A stretch of DNA of 64,000 nt, taken from NCBI GenBank assembly GCA_965223845.1, contig CBDCXR010000004.1:64001-128000 (forward strand), written 5' to 3'. The position numbers and the translations under genes are program-made. This document shows, in pieces, positions 20,719 to 28,850 of this stretch. How positions within the stretch are numbered: the first letter of the stretch is position 1; each line of letters starts with the position of its first letter. Below the pieces are notes generated by a model. The model was not told the origin of the DNA and did not search any database. It saw nothing but the letters and a program-made list of their open reading frames with translations. This DNA is from Planctomycetota bacterium (lineage in GTDB: Bacteria > Planctomycetota > UBA8108 > SXIK01).

Positions 20719-21485
20719 ACGAGCTCGACCCGCGCCTTCAAAAGATCACCGAGAGTCAGCCGTATCCGCTGGTGTTCGCCACGGTCAGCGGCGCTCACCT
20801 CTACGGTTTCGCATCGGCGGATTCCGACTGGGATCTACGCGGCGTTCACGTCCTCCCGATCGAAACCGTGGCGAGTCTGAACGAACGCCGGGAGACGATC
20901 GAGGACTCCCCCGAGGTGACGAGCGACGGATTCGAGCTGGACCTGGTGACGCACGACATCGAAAAGTTTATGCGTCTTATGCTCAAGAGGAACGGCTACG
21001 TTTTGGAGCAAGTGTTTTCGCCGCTGATTGTCGCCACTACTCCGGAACACGAAGAGCTCAAGACGCTCGGAAAGGACTGCATCACTCGGCACCACGCGCA
21101 CCACTACTTGGGTTTCGCGAGAACGCAGTGGGGGCTCTTTCTCAAGGACACGCCGAGGAGGGTCAAGCCGCTTCTCTACGTGTACCGGGTGCTCCTCACG
21201 GGAATCCACCTCATGCGCACGGGGCGCATCGAAGCGAACATCGCGGAGGCCAACGAAGAACTCCAGCTTCCGTACATCGCCGAACTCGTCGAACGCAAAG
21301 TGAACGGAAAAGAAAAGGAGGAGCTGGTCGACGAGGATCTCGCCTTCCACCAGCGCGAGTACGAACGATTGGTTCAGGTTCTAAATGAGGAGCGAGATCG
21401 GTCGGCGCTGCCGGAGAAATCTTCCTCCAGAGCGGGGCTCAACGATCTGCTCCTTCGCTTGAGGCTCGAAGGGTTTTCGCGATAG
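20715..21485 (+). CDS. Second RlaP/YcgL-like nucleotidyltransferase
   Basis: SGAHLYGFASADSDWDLRG, KPLLYVYRVLLTG; GTGA overlap with previous gene. Confidence 0.88.
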   Translation: MNELDPRLQKITESQPYPLVFATVSGAHLYGFASADSDWDLRGVHVLPIETVASLNERRETIEDSPEVTSDGFELDLVTHDIEKFMRLMLKRNGYVLEQVFSPLIVATTPEHEELKTLGKDCITRHHAHHYLGFARTQWGLFLKDTPRRVKPLLYVYRVLLTGIHLMRTGRIEANIAEANEELQLPYIAELVERKVNGKEKEELVDEDLAFHQREYERLVQVLNEERDRSALPEKSSSRAGLNDLLLRLRLEGFSR

Positions 21486-21722
21486 CGCCCTCGCTTTCCG
21501 TGGCTTTGCGAGCGGAGTCGCTACCGAACAAATCGGATCGAGCCCCTCGACTCCTACGCGCTCCGGACACGGGAGTCGAGTGTCGGCACGTCGGCGAAGT
21601 CGTCGCAAACGATCAGAACGGCAGGAAAGGCTGTTCGATCGCCACGGCTACGATCAGGGTTGATTCGAAGCGAGGAAGCCGGTCTGGGAGATCTCGCCAG
21701 ACCTCCCAGACCGATTGGGCGA

Positions 21723-22658
21723 CTACGGCTGAACGCCACCGCCGTCGCCGTCTGGGCCACCCTCACCGCCCATGCCTTGCTGAGAATCAACGAGCGCCTC
21801 TGCGAGTAGATAGGCGAGTCGTTGGAGTGCGAGACAGTGCGGCAGAAGCCCCATGGCAGCCGCGACCAGGGCATTGGCGATTCGGGCGGCGTTCCTCGCG
21901 GCGGCTTGAGCCTGCGCCATTCTCTGGAGCGCGTTCCCGATCGCGTTCTGTGCCTGCGGGGAAAGGATCACACCGTTCTGACCGGGTAGGACGCCAAACG
22001 GCGGAGCGCCCGGTGGGGGCGGAGCGGGAGGGGCCGCCTGTATCTGCTGAAACACGGTATTCCCGAGCGCCATGGACGCTCCGTAGAGTGCTTGGGCTGC
22101 CATCGCGAGGATCGTGTACGCCAGGGTCAGAAGGCGGATGACCATGAGCAGGCAACGCTTTGCGGCCTCGAGCAGTCCTGCGATGAGGAGAAGAAGGAGG
22201 AGCTTCTCGAGGAGTAGGCGTTTTTGCTCTGCAGCGTACGAGGCGCTCTTGCCTTCCGTTGTGCTGCTCTCGACGAGCTCATCGACCTCGGCTCGAAGCT
22301 TATGCTCCATCCTCCAAGCATCTCGCAGCACTCGCGTGACGTCGTCGGCGACCGCCTGTCCTTTTTCGAGTTGGCTTCGCGCGTCCGCCATTTTGAGATC
22401 GAGATCCTCGTCACCGCTCGCCGTCACGGTGAACTGGCTTAGGGCGGATTTCACACGCTCCAGCTCCTCGATCTCGATTCCTCCGAGCGTTTCGGCTCGG
22501 CACTCCTCGGTGAGCTCGGCAATGGTGACTTGCTCAAGCGGCTCGTCTGCGCCGATAGAGAAGCCCGCAGTCTTTGCGTGCTGAGCGGCCAGCGCGTCGA
22601 CACGCTTTCGCAGTTCATCCGCGCGCTTCCGAAGTTCCTCGATCGTCAATCTCGCCAT
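21723..22658 (-). CDS. Hypothetical all-helical protein: coiled coil plus long hydrophobic helices
   Basis: From ATG 22658 (MARLTIEELRKR...), 311 aa; EKLLLLLLIAGLL and Ala/Leu-rich helices. Confidence 0.6.
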   Translation of the reverse strand: MARLTIEELRKRADELRKRVDALAAQHAKTAGFSIGADEPLEQVTIAELTEECRAETLGGIEIEELERVKSALSQFTVTASGDEDLDLKMADARSQLEKGQAVADDVTRVLRDAWRMEHKLRAEVDELVESSTTEGKSASYAAEQKRLLLEKLLLLLLIAGLLEAAKRCLLMVIRLLTLAYTILAMAAQALYGASMALGNTVFQQIQAAPPAPPPPGAPPFGVLPGQNGVILSPQAQNAIGNALQRMAQAQAAARNAARIANALVAAAMGLLPHCLALQRLAYLLAEALVDSQQGMGGEGGPDGDGGGVQP

Positions 22659-23199
22659 CGAAATAGCCCCCGAAAAGAGTTTGGTTCTCGTTGCGATCGG
22701 AGTTGCCGACGGCGGCCTCGATCGCGCCCACACATACGCAAGATTCGAACGGACAGCAGACCGAACGGTCCGAAGACCCGGTTTCGACCCACATCGATCG
22801 TTGCGGCGCCGTCGATACGTGGAATCCACGCCGATCGACGAGCGCGTTCTTCGACGAAACCGAATCTCTGCGCCAACCTGCACGAAGCACGAATGCAGGT
22901 GCTCAGCTTGAGGATCGAGTCCGTTTACGAGAGAGCGTGCGCGCGGGACGAGGACAAACTCCCCATGCACCGCGACCGCAACTCACTCTCGCGTGAGTGG
23001 ATCAACCCAGAACTGCTCCCGTATCCACACTGCTCTTGCCGATTGGCCCCACAAATCGGACGATTCTATGCAGCTCAGCTGACCTGAGCTTTTCACCTAA
23101 TCCGCATGGTAGGTCGGAGCGGACTACGATCAAGCGTTTTCTCGACCGAAGAGCCGGTTTCCGTTCGGCGCCCGCCGAGCTCGCTACGGCGGAGCTCGC

Positions 23200-23238
23200 A
23201 AAAAGAAAGAAGGACTCGCGGAACCCGCAAGTCCTTCT
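23200..23238 (-). terminator. Rho-independent terminator following the att copy of the tRNA-Pro 3' end
   Basis: AGAAGGACTCGCGG-aac-CCGCAAGTCCTTCT hairpin with A-tract on + (U-tract on -). Confidence 0.75.
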
Positions 23239-23244
23239 CAGTTC

Positions 23245-23289
23245 TGGTCGGGGTGACAGGATTTGAACCTACGACCTCCTGCTCCCAAA
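23245..23289 (-). repeat. att site: 45-bp direct repeat of tRNA-Pro 3' half
   Basis: TGGTCGGGGTGACAGGATTTGAACCTACGACCTCCTGCTCCCAAA identical to 26636-26680; identity ends in the anticodon loop. Confidence 0.95.
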
Positions 23290-23380
23290 AAAGCGAAGTG
23301 GGTTTCCGCAACTGCAAGCGAGACCACACAACTCACGTTCCCTTAGGTGCTCATAATCCACCTTGTTCCATCTACGTTCC

Positions 23381-23430
23381 GGTCTGTCTCGGGTCTGTCT
23401 CGCTGACTGGTGGACCCATTGGTGGACCCA
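23381..23430. repeat. Tandem repeats near the att copy (putative RDF and integrase arm-type sites)
   Basis: GGTCTGTCTCG x2 (23381-23402) and TGGTGGACCCA x2 (23408-23418, 23420-23430). Confidence 0.65.
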
Positions 23431-23846
23431 ATCGAGCAGGCTATACTTGCTCGGGCTCAACGACGAAGCCCCTGCCGGCTCCCGGAACGTCAGCGGCAGC
23501 GAACCCCGCTACCGTGCCCCGTTCCGCCACCGCATCTCCGTCGAGGTCTGGGATGGCTGTCTTGATCGCCAACCGATACGTGGTCCGCAGTCCCTTCAAA
23601 CGATTGGTGTGCACGTGGCTCTGCGGGCTACCGCCGGACGACAGAGCGCTGAATCGCACGCCAAAGCAGCCGAAACCCGAGCTGGTACCAAGCCAATAGG
23701 CGTCCACCTTCCCGAGGATGCTCCAGCCGACATAGCCGGCTCTGCTTCTCTGGTCGAACGAGCCAACGGAGTTGGCAGCTTGGAGTGGAAGGGGACTCCT
23801 CGTTCCTGGAGGGCGACGGCAGAGACGGAGAGAGACTCCTCGTGGG

Positions 23847-24728
23847 CTACGTGGCGGGCAGGGAATCAGCCGAGGACTCGCACCCGTAGTGATTTCGATG
23901 GTACTTGAGGTGCCCTTTGCTCACGGAGTGTCCCTTGGCGGTTCTGAGTCTGCCGCCCAGACCGACTAAGGTCAGGTCATCCGCAATCGTGAAAGCACCC
24001 GTATCGAACAAGATGTGGTGGTTCGGGCACAGGCAGAGCACATTGTCTTCCGTGTCCGCCCCGTCGTGCGGCGAACCCAGCGAGCGGATGTGAGCGGCTT
24101 CAGCGTAGTACCCTGCGGGAGTTTCGAGGCGAACTCCGCAGACCTGGCAACGATACCCGTGGGCTTCCTTGACGTTCTTCGCAACTCGGACATCTCGAAC
24201 GATGCGAAGCGTACTGCTTTCCCGTCGAGCCGTTGGTCTTGCCTCTGATTCTGGCTGCCAGGGTGCGGCAGAATCGTCAACTCGGCGAAGACGATAACGC
24301 CAAACACGGAACCCCGACCGTCCCTGTTCGTGCCAGAAGTCCTCTACCGTGTAGAGCCCGTCGTATCGAAAGCCCTCGGCGGGTGCGTACTCGGAGTCGA
24401 GCCGGGAACCTCGGACAACTCGGACGGGTGCGCCTGTGGTCTTGTTTCTGGCAAGAGCGAGGTTCTGACGCTCAAGGGTCTGGTCGGCGACCTGCTTACG
24501 TGTCTGCGGGTCGTTCCCACCGTGTCCCGTGTAGATAATGATGTCGCCGCTGTCGATGTCGTCTTCATAACCGCCTGAGACGACAATGGAATCGGCACCC
24601 TCAAAGGCTGAGCCAGAGATGCCAGCCTGGACAGGAGCATGAATGCCAGCCTTGGCTAACGCTGCTCGGTCAGAGAACCTGCTTCCGACAGGTACCGAAT
24701 CTAAGTGTCCGAAGATCCTATCAGCCAC
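23847..24728 (-). CDS. SRA/YDG domain - HNH endonuclease (modification-dependent type IV restriction-like)
   Basis: SRA: GISG..GADSIVVSGGYEDD.DSGDIIIYTGHGG, FRYDGLY; HNH: CQVC..EAAHIRSLG..HDG..NVLCLCPNHHILFD. Confidence 0.92.
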   Translation of the reverse strand: MADRIFGHLDSVPVGSRFSDRAALAKAGIHAPVQAGISGSAFEGADSIVVSGGYEDDIDSGDIIIYTGHGGNDPQTRKQVADQTLERQNLALARNKTTGAPVRVVRGSRLDSEYAPAEGFRYDGLYTVEDFWHEQGRSGFRVWRYRLRRVDDSAAPWQPESEARPTARRESSTLRIVRDVRVAKNVKEAHGYRCQVCGVRLETPAGYYAEAAHIRSLGSPHDGADTEDNVLCLCPNHHILFDTGAFTIADDLTLVGLGGRLRTAKGHSVSKGHLKYHRNHYGCESSADSLPAT

Positions 24729-25345
24729 CGAAGAACCCCGTCAGGACAGGCATGAAGTCCTTTACCTTTCCTGCCAAGTCGGTCACTTGCCCTAAGAGCG
24801 TGGACACCCTCTCTATCAGCGGCTTGACCACTGCGGGCTTTTGCTGTTCCTTCGGCGACGCTGCCTGGGTCGCTATTGCGGACAGAAGGTCGATTACGTC
24901 CTTCCTGGTTTGCTCGTCAATCTCTTTCCTGTCAACGACCGCCTGGGTCAGTTCTCGAATAGCACGGCTGGCTTCCTGGTCACCTTGGTTCTTGAGTACC
25001 GTGACGGCGGAATCGAGAGTCTGAACCGCGCCGGTGTTGATTGTCCCGACGGTGCTTCTATCGACCCGGATGTTGTGCAATGTCCCCTACGTGTTGATAG
25101 ATGGCTCGGGGTCGCTGTGGATAAACCGGAGCGGAACGTGGCACCCCCATTATGTCTTCCATCTCGGCACGAAGGGCATTGATGTTCCGTTCGAGCCCTT
25201 CAGTGTGACGTGCTTGAATCTCGGAGATCTTGGCGTAGCAGTGGAGGCAGAGGGGCACCTCATGCATCTGCCCGTCGTCTCCTGGAACGGACAGCGAGTA
25301 CATCGGCGGATTCTGGCACTGGTAGCAGCGCACGCTATTTCTCAT
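24721..25345 (-). pseudogene. Hypothetical protein with N-terminal CxxC..CxxC, split by a frameshift near 25084-25087
   Basis: ORF 25058-25345 (CYQC..CLHC) and ORF 24721-25080 (LHNIRVDRSTVGTINTG..) join if one G is removed from a G4 run. Confidence 0.6.
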
Positions 25346-25472
25346 CCGTTGGCTTCGGCGGTGGAGGCGTCGGCGGCGGATTCCGAATGGTCGGCGGACT
25401 CTTCGGCACCGGCTGACCGATGAGGGGTTCGGGGTGCGTGTCTGTTGTCGTCGGCTCGGGCTGATCGGACAT
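25335..25472 (-). CDS. Pro-rich micro-peptide 4 (45 aa)
   Basis: MSDQPEPTTTDTHPEPLIGQPVPKSPPTIRNPPPTPPPPKPTDEK*; TGATG overlap with unit 3. Confidence 0.6.
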   Translation of the reverse strand: MSDQPEPTTTDTHPEPLIGQPVPKSPPTIRNPPPTPPPPKPTDEK

Positions 25473-25603
25473 CACTTCTTCTCGTCTTGAGGACTTGGCG
25501 TCGGTCTTTCTGTTTGCGGCGGCGATGGCGGTTGGCGAATCGCCGTTCTCGGGACGAGCTGACCAAGCGGCTTATTCCCGCCGGGAAGGCTACGGAGTTG
25601 CCT
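25472..25603 (-). other. Pro-rich micro-peptide unit 3 (43 codons, no ATG; in frame directly after the stop of unit 2)
   Basis: RQLRSLPGGNKPLGQLVPRTAIRQPPSPPQTERPTPSPQDEKK*, similar to unit 4. Confidence 0.45.
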
Positions 25604-25714
25604 TCACTTACCCTTCGGCTGTGAATCCGGCTTCTGAATGACAGGCGACGGCTTGGGCGGCTTCTGCCCTTCTTCAAGCGGTTGTGGCTTGGGCTTCTTG
25701 GATTCGTCCGACAT
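25604..25714 (-). CDS. Pro-rich micro-peptide 2 (36 aa)
   Basis: MSDESKKPKPQPLEEGQKPPKPSPVIQKPDSQPKGK*; GAGG SD overlaps the previous stop. Confidence 0.65.
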   Translation of the reverse strand: MSDESKKPKPQPLEEGQKPPKPSPVIQKPDSQPKGK

Positions 25715-25720
25715 CTTGCC

Positions 25721-25858
25721 TCACTTACTCTCTGACGGCTTGTCAGTCGAAGGCGGTTTCGGCGTCTCGCCTGACGAAGACGGCGTAGTCAACGGCGGCG
25801 GCTTCGGCGGCTTCTGCCCCCGCTCCTCGTACGGCGTCGGCTCCGGCTTCTCGGACAT
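25721..25858 (-). CDS. Pro-rich micro-peptide 1 (45 aa)
   Basis: MSEKPEPTPYEERGQKPPKPPPLTTPSSSGETPKPPSTDKPSESK*; GAGGA SD overlaps the membrane-protein stop. Confidence 0.65.
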   Translation of the reverse strand: MSEKPEPTPYEERGQKPPKPPPLTTPSSSGETPKPPSTDKPSESK

Positions 25859-25866
25859 CGCATTCC

Positions 25867-26286
25867 TCACTTCAAGTTGATGACAACGAACGTCAGTACG
25901 AGGAGCACCCCAACGACCAGGAGGATTCCGCCGGCACCGTTGCACCACCCTGTAATCCCGCCCCATCTACCACCGGTCTGCGGCTTGCCAGCGTCAAACT
26001 CGTCAAGTGCTCGCTCGTTCGCCTTTCCCGCTGCGAAGAAAGACAGCAAGACAAGCCCCATACTGAGAGCGAGAGCGCCCCACCCCACACTCAGTATCCA
26101 GGACTGAGTAACGGGCGCCTTGCCCACAACATCCTTGACGAAGGCGAAGGAGATACCGAGAGCACCGCCCGAGAGAGTCAGTGAGGTCTTGTCGTACGAC
26201 CGCCACGATTCCTGAACGGTTGCTTGCAGGAGCTTCCGGTGCTCGTCAGTCAGCCGGTTTACTCGTTCCTCGTGCGACTCTGTCAC
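25867..26286 (-). CDS. Small integral membrane protein (about 3 TM)
   Basis: 139 aa; YDKTSLTLSGGALGISFAFVKDVV plus two more hydrophobic helices; purine-rich RBS. Confidence 0.8.
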   Translation of the reverse strand: MTESHEERVNRLTDEHRKLLQATVQESWRSYDKTSLTLSGGALGISFAFVKDVVGKAPVTQSWILSVGWGALALSMGLVLLSFFAAGKANERALDEFDAGKPQTGGRWGGITGWCNGAGGILLVVGVLLVLTFVVINLK

Positions 26287-26554
26287 TTCTGAGCCCCTTT
26301 TCTCTCCACGGACTCAACAATACACTGAACATCGTAGCCCAAGCTGAAGACAGGTCAAACGGAAGTCCGCAGAGCGGCAAGCCGCCTGCGCCGGGAATGA
26401 GAAAGAGAGCCTCGGTCGTGCCGTACGCTGGCTCTTGCCGGCGTCGGGGCTCAACCCGGCACCGTTGAACGGTCGGACGCTGTGGAGGGGCTTCAGGAGG
26501 GACTGATCAGCTCACCGCATCAGCCCCCGCACCCCCGCACTTGTCCATCTAAGT

Positions 26555-26586
26555 GTGGATTCAAGGTGGACCCAGCAGTGGACACA
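26555..26586. repeat. Putative integrase arm-type sites next to the tRNA end of the island
   Basis: GTGGATTCA, GGTGGACCCA (26565-26574), AGTGGACACA (26577-26586): same motif and orientation as 23408-23430. Confidence 0.6.
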
Positions 26587-26591
26587 GCAAC

Positions 26592-26627
26592 AAAAAGAAG
26601 GACTCACGGGATTGCCGTAAGTCCTTC
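26592..26627 (-). terminator. Terminator of tRNA-Pro carried inside the island
   Basis: GAAGGACTCACGG-gattg-CCGTAAGTCCTTC hairpin plus A5; a diverged copy of the 23200-23238 hairpin. Confidence 0.75.
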
Positions 26628-26635
26628 ATTCATAA

Positions 26636-26713
26636 TGGTCGGGGTGACAGGATTTGAACCTACGACCTCCTGCTCCCAAAGCAGGCGCTCTAGCCAAGCT
26701 GAGCTACACCCCG
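26636..26713 (-). tRNA. tRNA-Pro(TGG)
   Basis: CGGGGTGTAGCTCAGCTTGGCTAGAGCG-CCTGC-TTTGGGA-GCAGG-AGGTCGTAGGTTCAAATCCTGTCACCCCGACCA; full cloverleaf with encoded CCA. Confidence 0.97.
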
Positions 26714-26998
26714 TCATTCTCGATGCGTTCTGAGCGAAGCCCGATGATTGTGCGGCCCGAAGGGGGCCGGGTCAAGTCGTCGGGCCGGGCGCCGACGTGG
26801 GTCGCCCGATGGAGTGTTTTCTGCTCCCTCGGCTCCTCCCGCATTCCTTCGATCCTCAACGGAACGCCGGCGACGAATCCGGCGGTTCGATCGAACGAGC
26901 ACTCGATGGCTTTCTTCGCGTTCTTCTCTTTCCTGCGTACGATGGGAAGGCCGTCCCACTTGCTCTTTCCTTAGATCTCGTTTCCGTTTTCGTGAGTT

Positions 26999-28819
26999 GT
27001 GATGAGTCTCGACGCGCTTCTTCTTCGCTTCGCTCTTCTCTCGACGGTCGTTGCGAGTGGAGCGACGGGACTCGATCTCGCAGCACAGCTCGACGAATCC
27101 GCGTCGATCGGCGAAGCTCCTAGCGGGGCGAAGTCCAAACCTTCGCGTACTCTCGTCTACAAGACGGTCGGCGATGTCGAGCTCCGCCTTCACGTCTTCG
27201 ATCCGCCGGGACTCGCTCCGGGTGATCGCCGCGCCGCCATCGTTTTCTTCCACGGCGGCTCCTGGGTCGGCGGCGACCCGAACCAGTTCTATCCTCAGTG
27301 CCGCCATCTCGCCTCGCGCGGAATGGTCGCGATCTCCGCGGAGTACCGCCTGAAGAGCCGTCACGGGACCACTCCGTTCGACTGCGTTCGCGACGGCAAG
27401 TCGGCACTTCGCTGGGTGCGCGCGCACGCGGCGGAGCTCGGGATCGATCCGGAGCGAATTGCCGCGGGTGGGGGATCCGCCGGCGGACACGTCGCAGCGG
27501 CGGTTGCGACGGTGGCGGGACTCGACGAGCACGGCGAGGACCGTTCGGTTTCTTGCGTGCCCGCGGCGCTCGCTCTCTTCAATCCGGTCTACGACAACGG
27601 ACCGGGCGGGTGGGGTCACGCGAAGGTCCGCGACCGCTACTGGGAGATCTCGCCGCTCCACAACGTCCGACGGGGAATCCCTCCCGCAATCGTGTTCTTT
27701 GGGACCAAGGATCGACTCGTTCCCGTGCGCACGGCGAAGAACTTCCAGCGCGCGATGCTCGACGCGGGAAGTCGGAGCGAGCTCGTCCTCTTCGACGGCG
27801 AAGGCCACGGTTTTTTCAATCCCGGACGGGGAAACGGGCGCGGGTATCCGGAAACACTTGCGGCGCTCGACCGTTTCCTCACGTCGCTCGGCTTCCTCGA
27901 CCCATCGCCCGACGGAGACGCCGAGCTTGACGGACATGATCCACTGTCTCCCGATCTTCCGGGCGTCGTCATCGCCGACAATCGCGCATACGGTTCGCTC
28001 CATCGCGCGGGATACAACGGCGTCTCCGAGCTCCTGGATGCCACGGGACGAAATCTCTTCGTGCCGTTCTACGCCGGGCTCAATTTCGAGCACATCTTTA
28101 GCGGCGACCATACGACGTATGCGTGGAGCATCTTCGAGCCGCGGCGATTCCCGATGCGTCTCGTTCGCACTTCGACGAATGTTCTCGAGCTGCGCCAGCC
28201 GCGCACCGAGAACTGGCCGCTCCGAACGACGATGACGTTCACCGCGGCCGCTTCTGACTCGATTGATCTGGTCGTGCGCTGCGTCCCGCTCCGCGACGCC
28301 TGGGCGAAACACGGCTACATCGGCCTCTTCTTCGCGTCTTACATCGACTCGCCCAGCGATCGATCGATCCACTTCATCGGTCGGTCGCGTCCCGGTCGCG
28401 GCGATTCGGCGCCGCGGTGGATCACTCACCTCTCACCGAATCACGGCACGACATCGTCCCACCGACCGGCCGGGAGCAACTGGGATCCGCCGCTCGACCC
28501 GGGCTTCGAGATCAGTCTCGCTGCGGGCCACTCGGATTACGAGTACACCGCGCCGTTCTACTTCGGCGTCTCTCACGGGAAGGCGATCGTCTTCCTCTTC
28601 GAGAAGCCGGCGGGCGACGACGAGCTTCGGTTCGCCCAGTCACCTACGGGCGGCGGCCGAACGAACCCGGCCTGGGACTTCGTCTTCTACAAGCGCGACT
28701 ATCGTGTCGGCGAGGAGTTTTCGTTTCGCATGCGCCTTGTGATTCGCGAATTCACGAATCGCGCGGACATCGCCCGCCTTTACGAAGAGTGGTCCGGCCA
28801 GCGCGTCGAGGTGCGCTAG
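26999..28819 (+). CDS. Secreted alpha/beta hydrolase fused to a C-terminal beta-rich (mutarotase-like) domain
   Basis: HGGSW, GGSAGG, GTKD..VP, GEGHGFF; C-half GLNFEHIFSG..NPAWDF. Confidence 0.85.
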   Translation: MMSLDALLLRFALLSTVVASGATGLDLAAQLDESASIGEAPSGAKSKPSRTLVYKTVGDVELRLHVFDPPGLAPGDRRAAIVFFHGGSWVGGDPNQFYPQCRHLASRGMVAISAEYRLKSRHGTTPFDCVRDGKSALRWVRAHAAELGIDPERIAAGGGSAGGHVAAAVATVAGLDEHGEDRSVSCVPAALALFNPVYDNGPGGWGHAKVRDRYWEISPLHNVRRGIPPAIVFFGTKDRLVPVRTAKNFQRAMLDAGSRSELVLFDGEGHGFFNPGRGNGRGYPETLAALDRFLTSLGFLDPSPDGDAELDGHDPLSPDLPGVVIADNRAYGSLHRAGYNGVSELLDATGRNLFVPFYAGLNFEHIFSGDHTTYAWSIFEPRRFPMRLVRTSTNVLELRQPRTENWPLRTTMTFTAAASDSIDLVVRCVPLRDAWAKHGYIGLFFASYIDSPSDRSIHFIGRSRPGRGDSAPRWITHLSPNHGTTSSHRPAGSNWDPPLDPGFEISLAAGHSDYEYTAPFYFGVSHGKAIVFLFEKPAGDDELRFAQSPTGGGRTNPAWDFVFYKRDYRVGEEFSFRMRLVIREFTNRADIARLYEEWSGQRVEVR

Positions 28820-28850
28820 CTTCGACGAGAGCTGGGGAAGCGCGCCTCGG

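Larger units (their letters stand above)
23245..26680. mobile_element. 3.4-kb genomic islet integrated in tRNA-Pro(TGG), no intact integrase
   Basis: Flanking 45-bp att repeats, arm-type repeats inside both ends, visibly lower GC, defence-type cargo. Confidence 0.85.

Noticed and set aside
23245-23289. Second tRNA-Pro gene
   Set aside because: Only the 3' 45 nt are present; the D-arm and 5' acceptor strand are missing, so it is an att copy
23441-23830. Decayed integrase C-terminus (minus-strand GVPFHS..TPLARS faintly like FHxLRHT..LARS)
   Set aside because: Position fits, but catalytic residues are not recognisable; needs tBLASTx/HMM support
25570-25606. Selenocysteine at the UGA of peptide 2
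   Set aside because: Hairpin is short and there is no Cys/redox context; kept only as a weak readthrough idea
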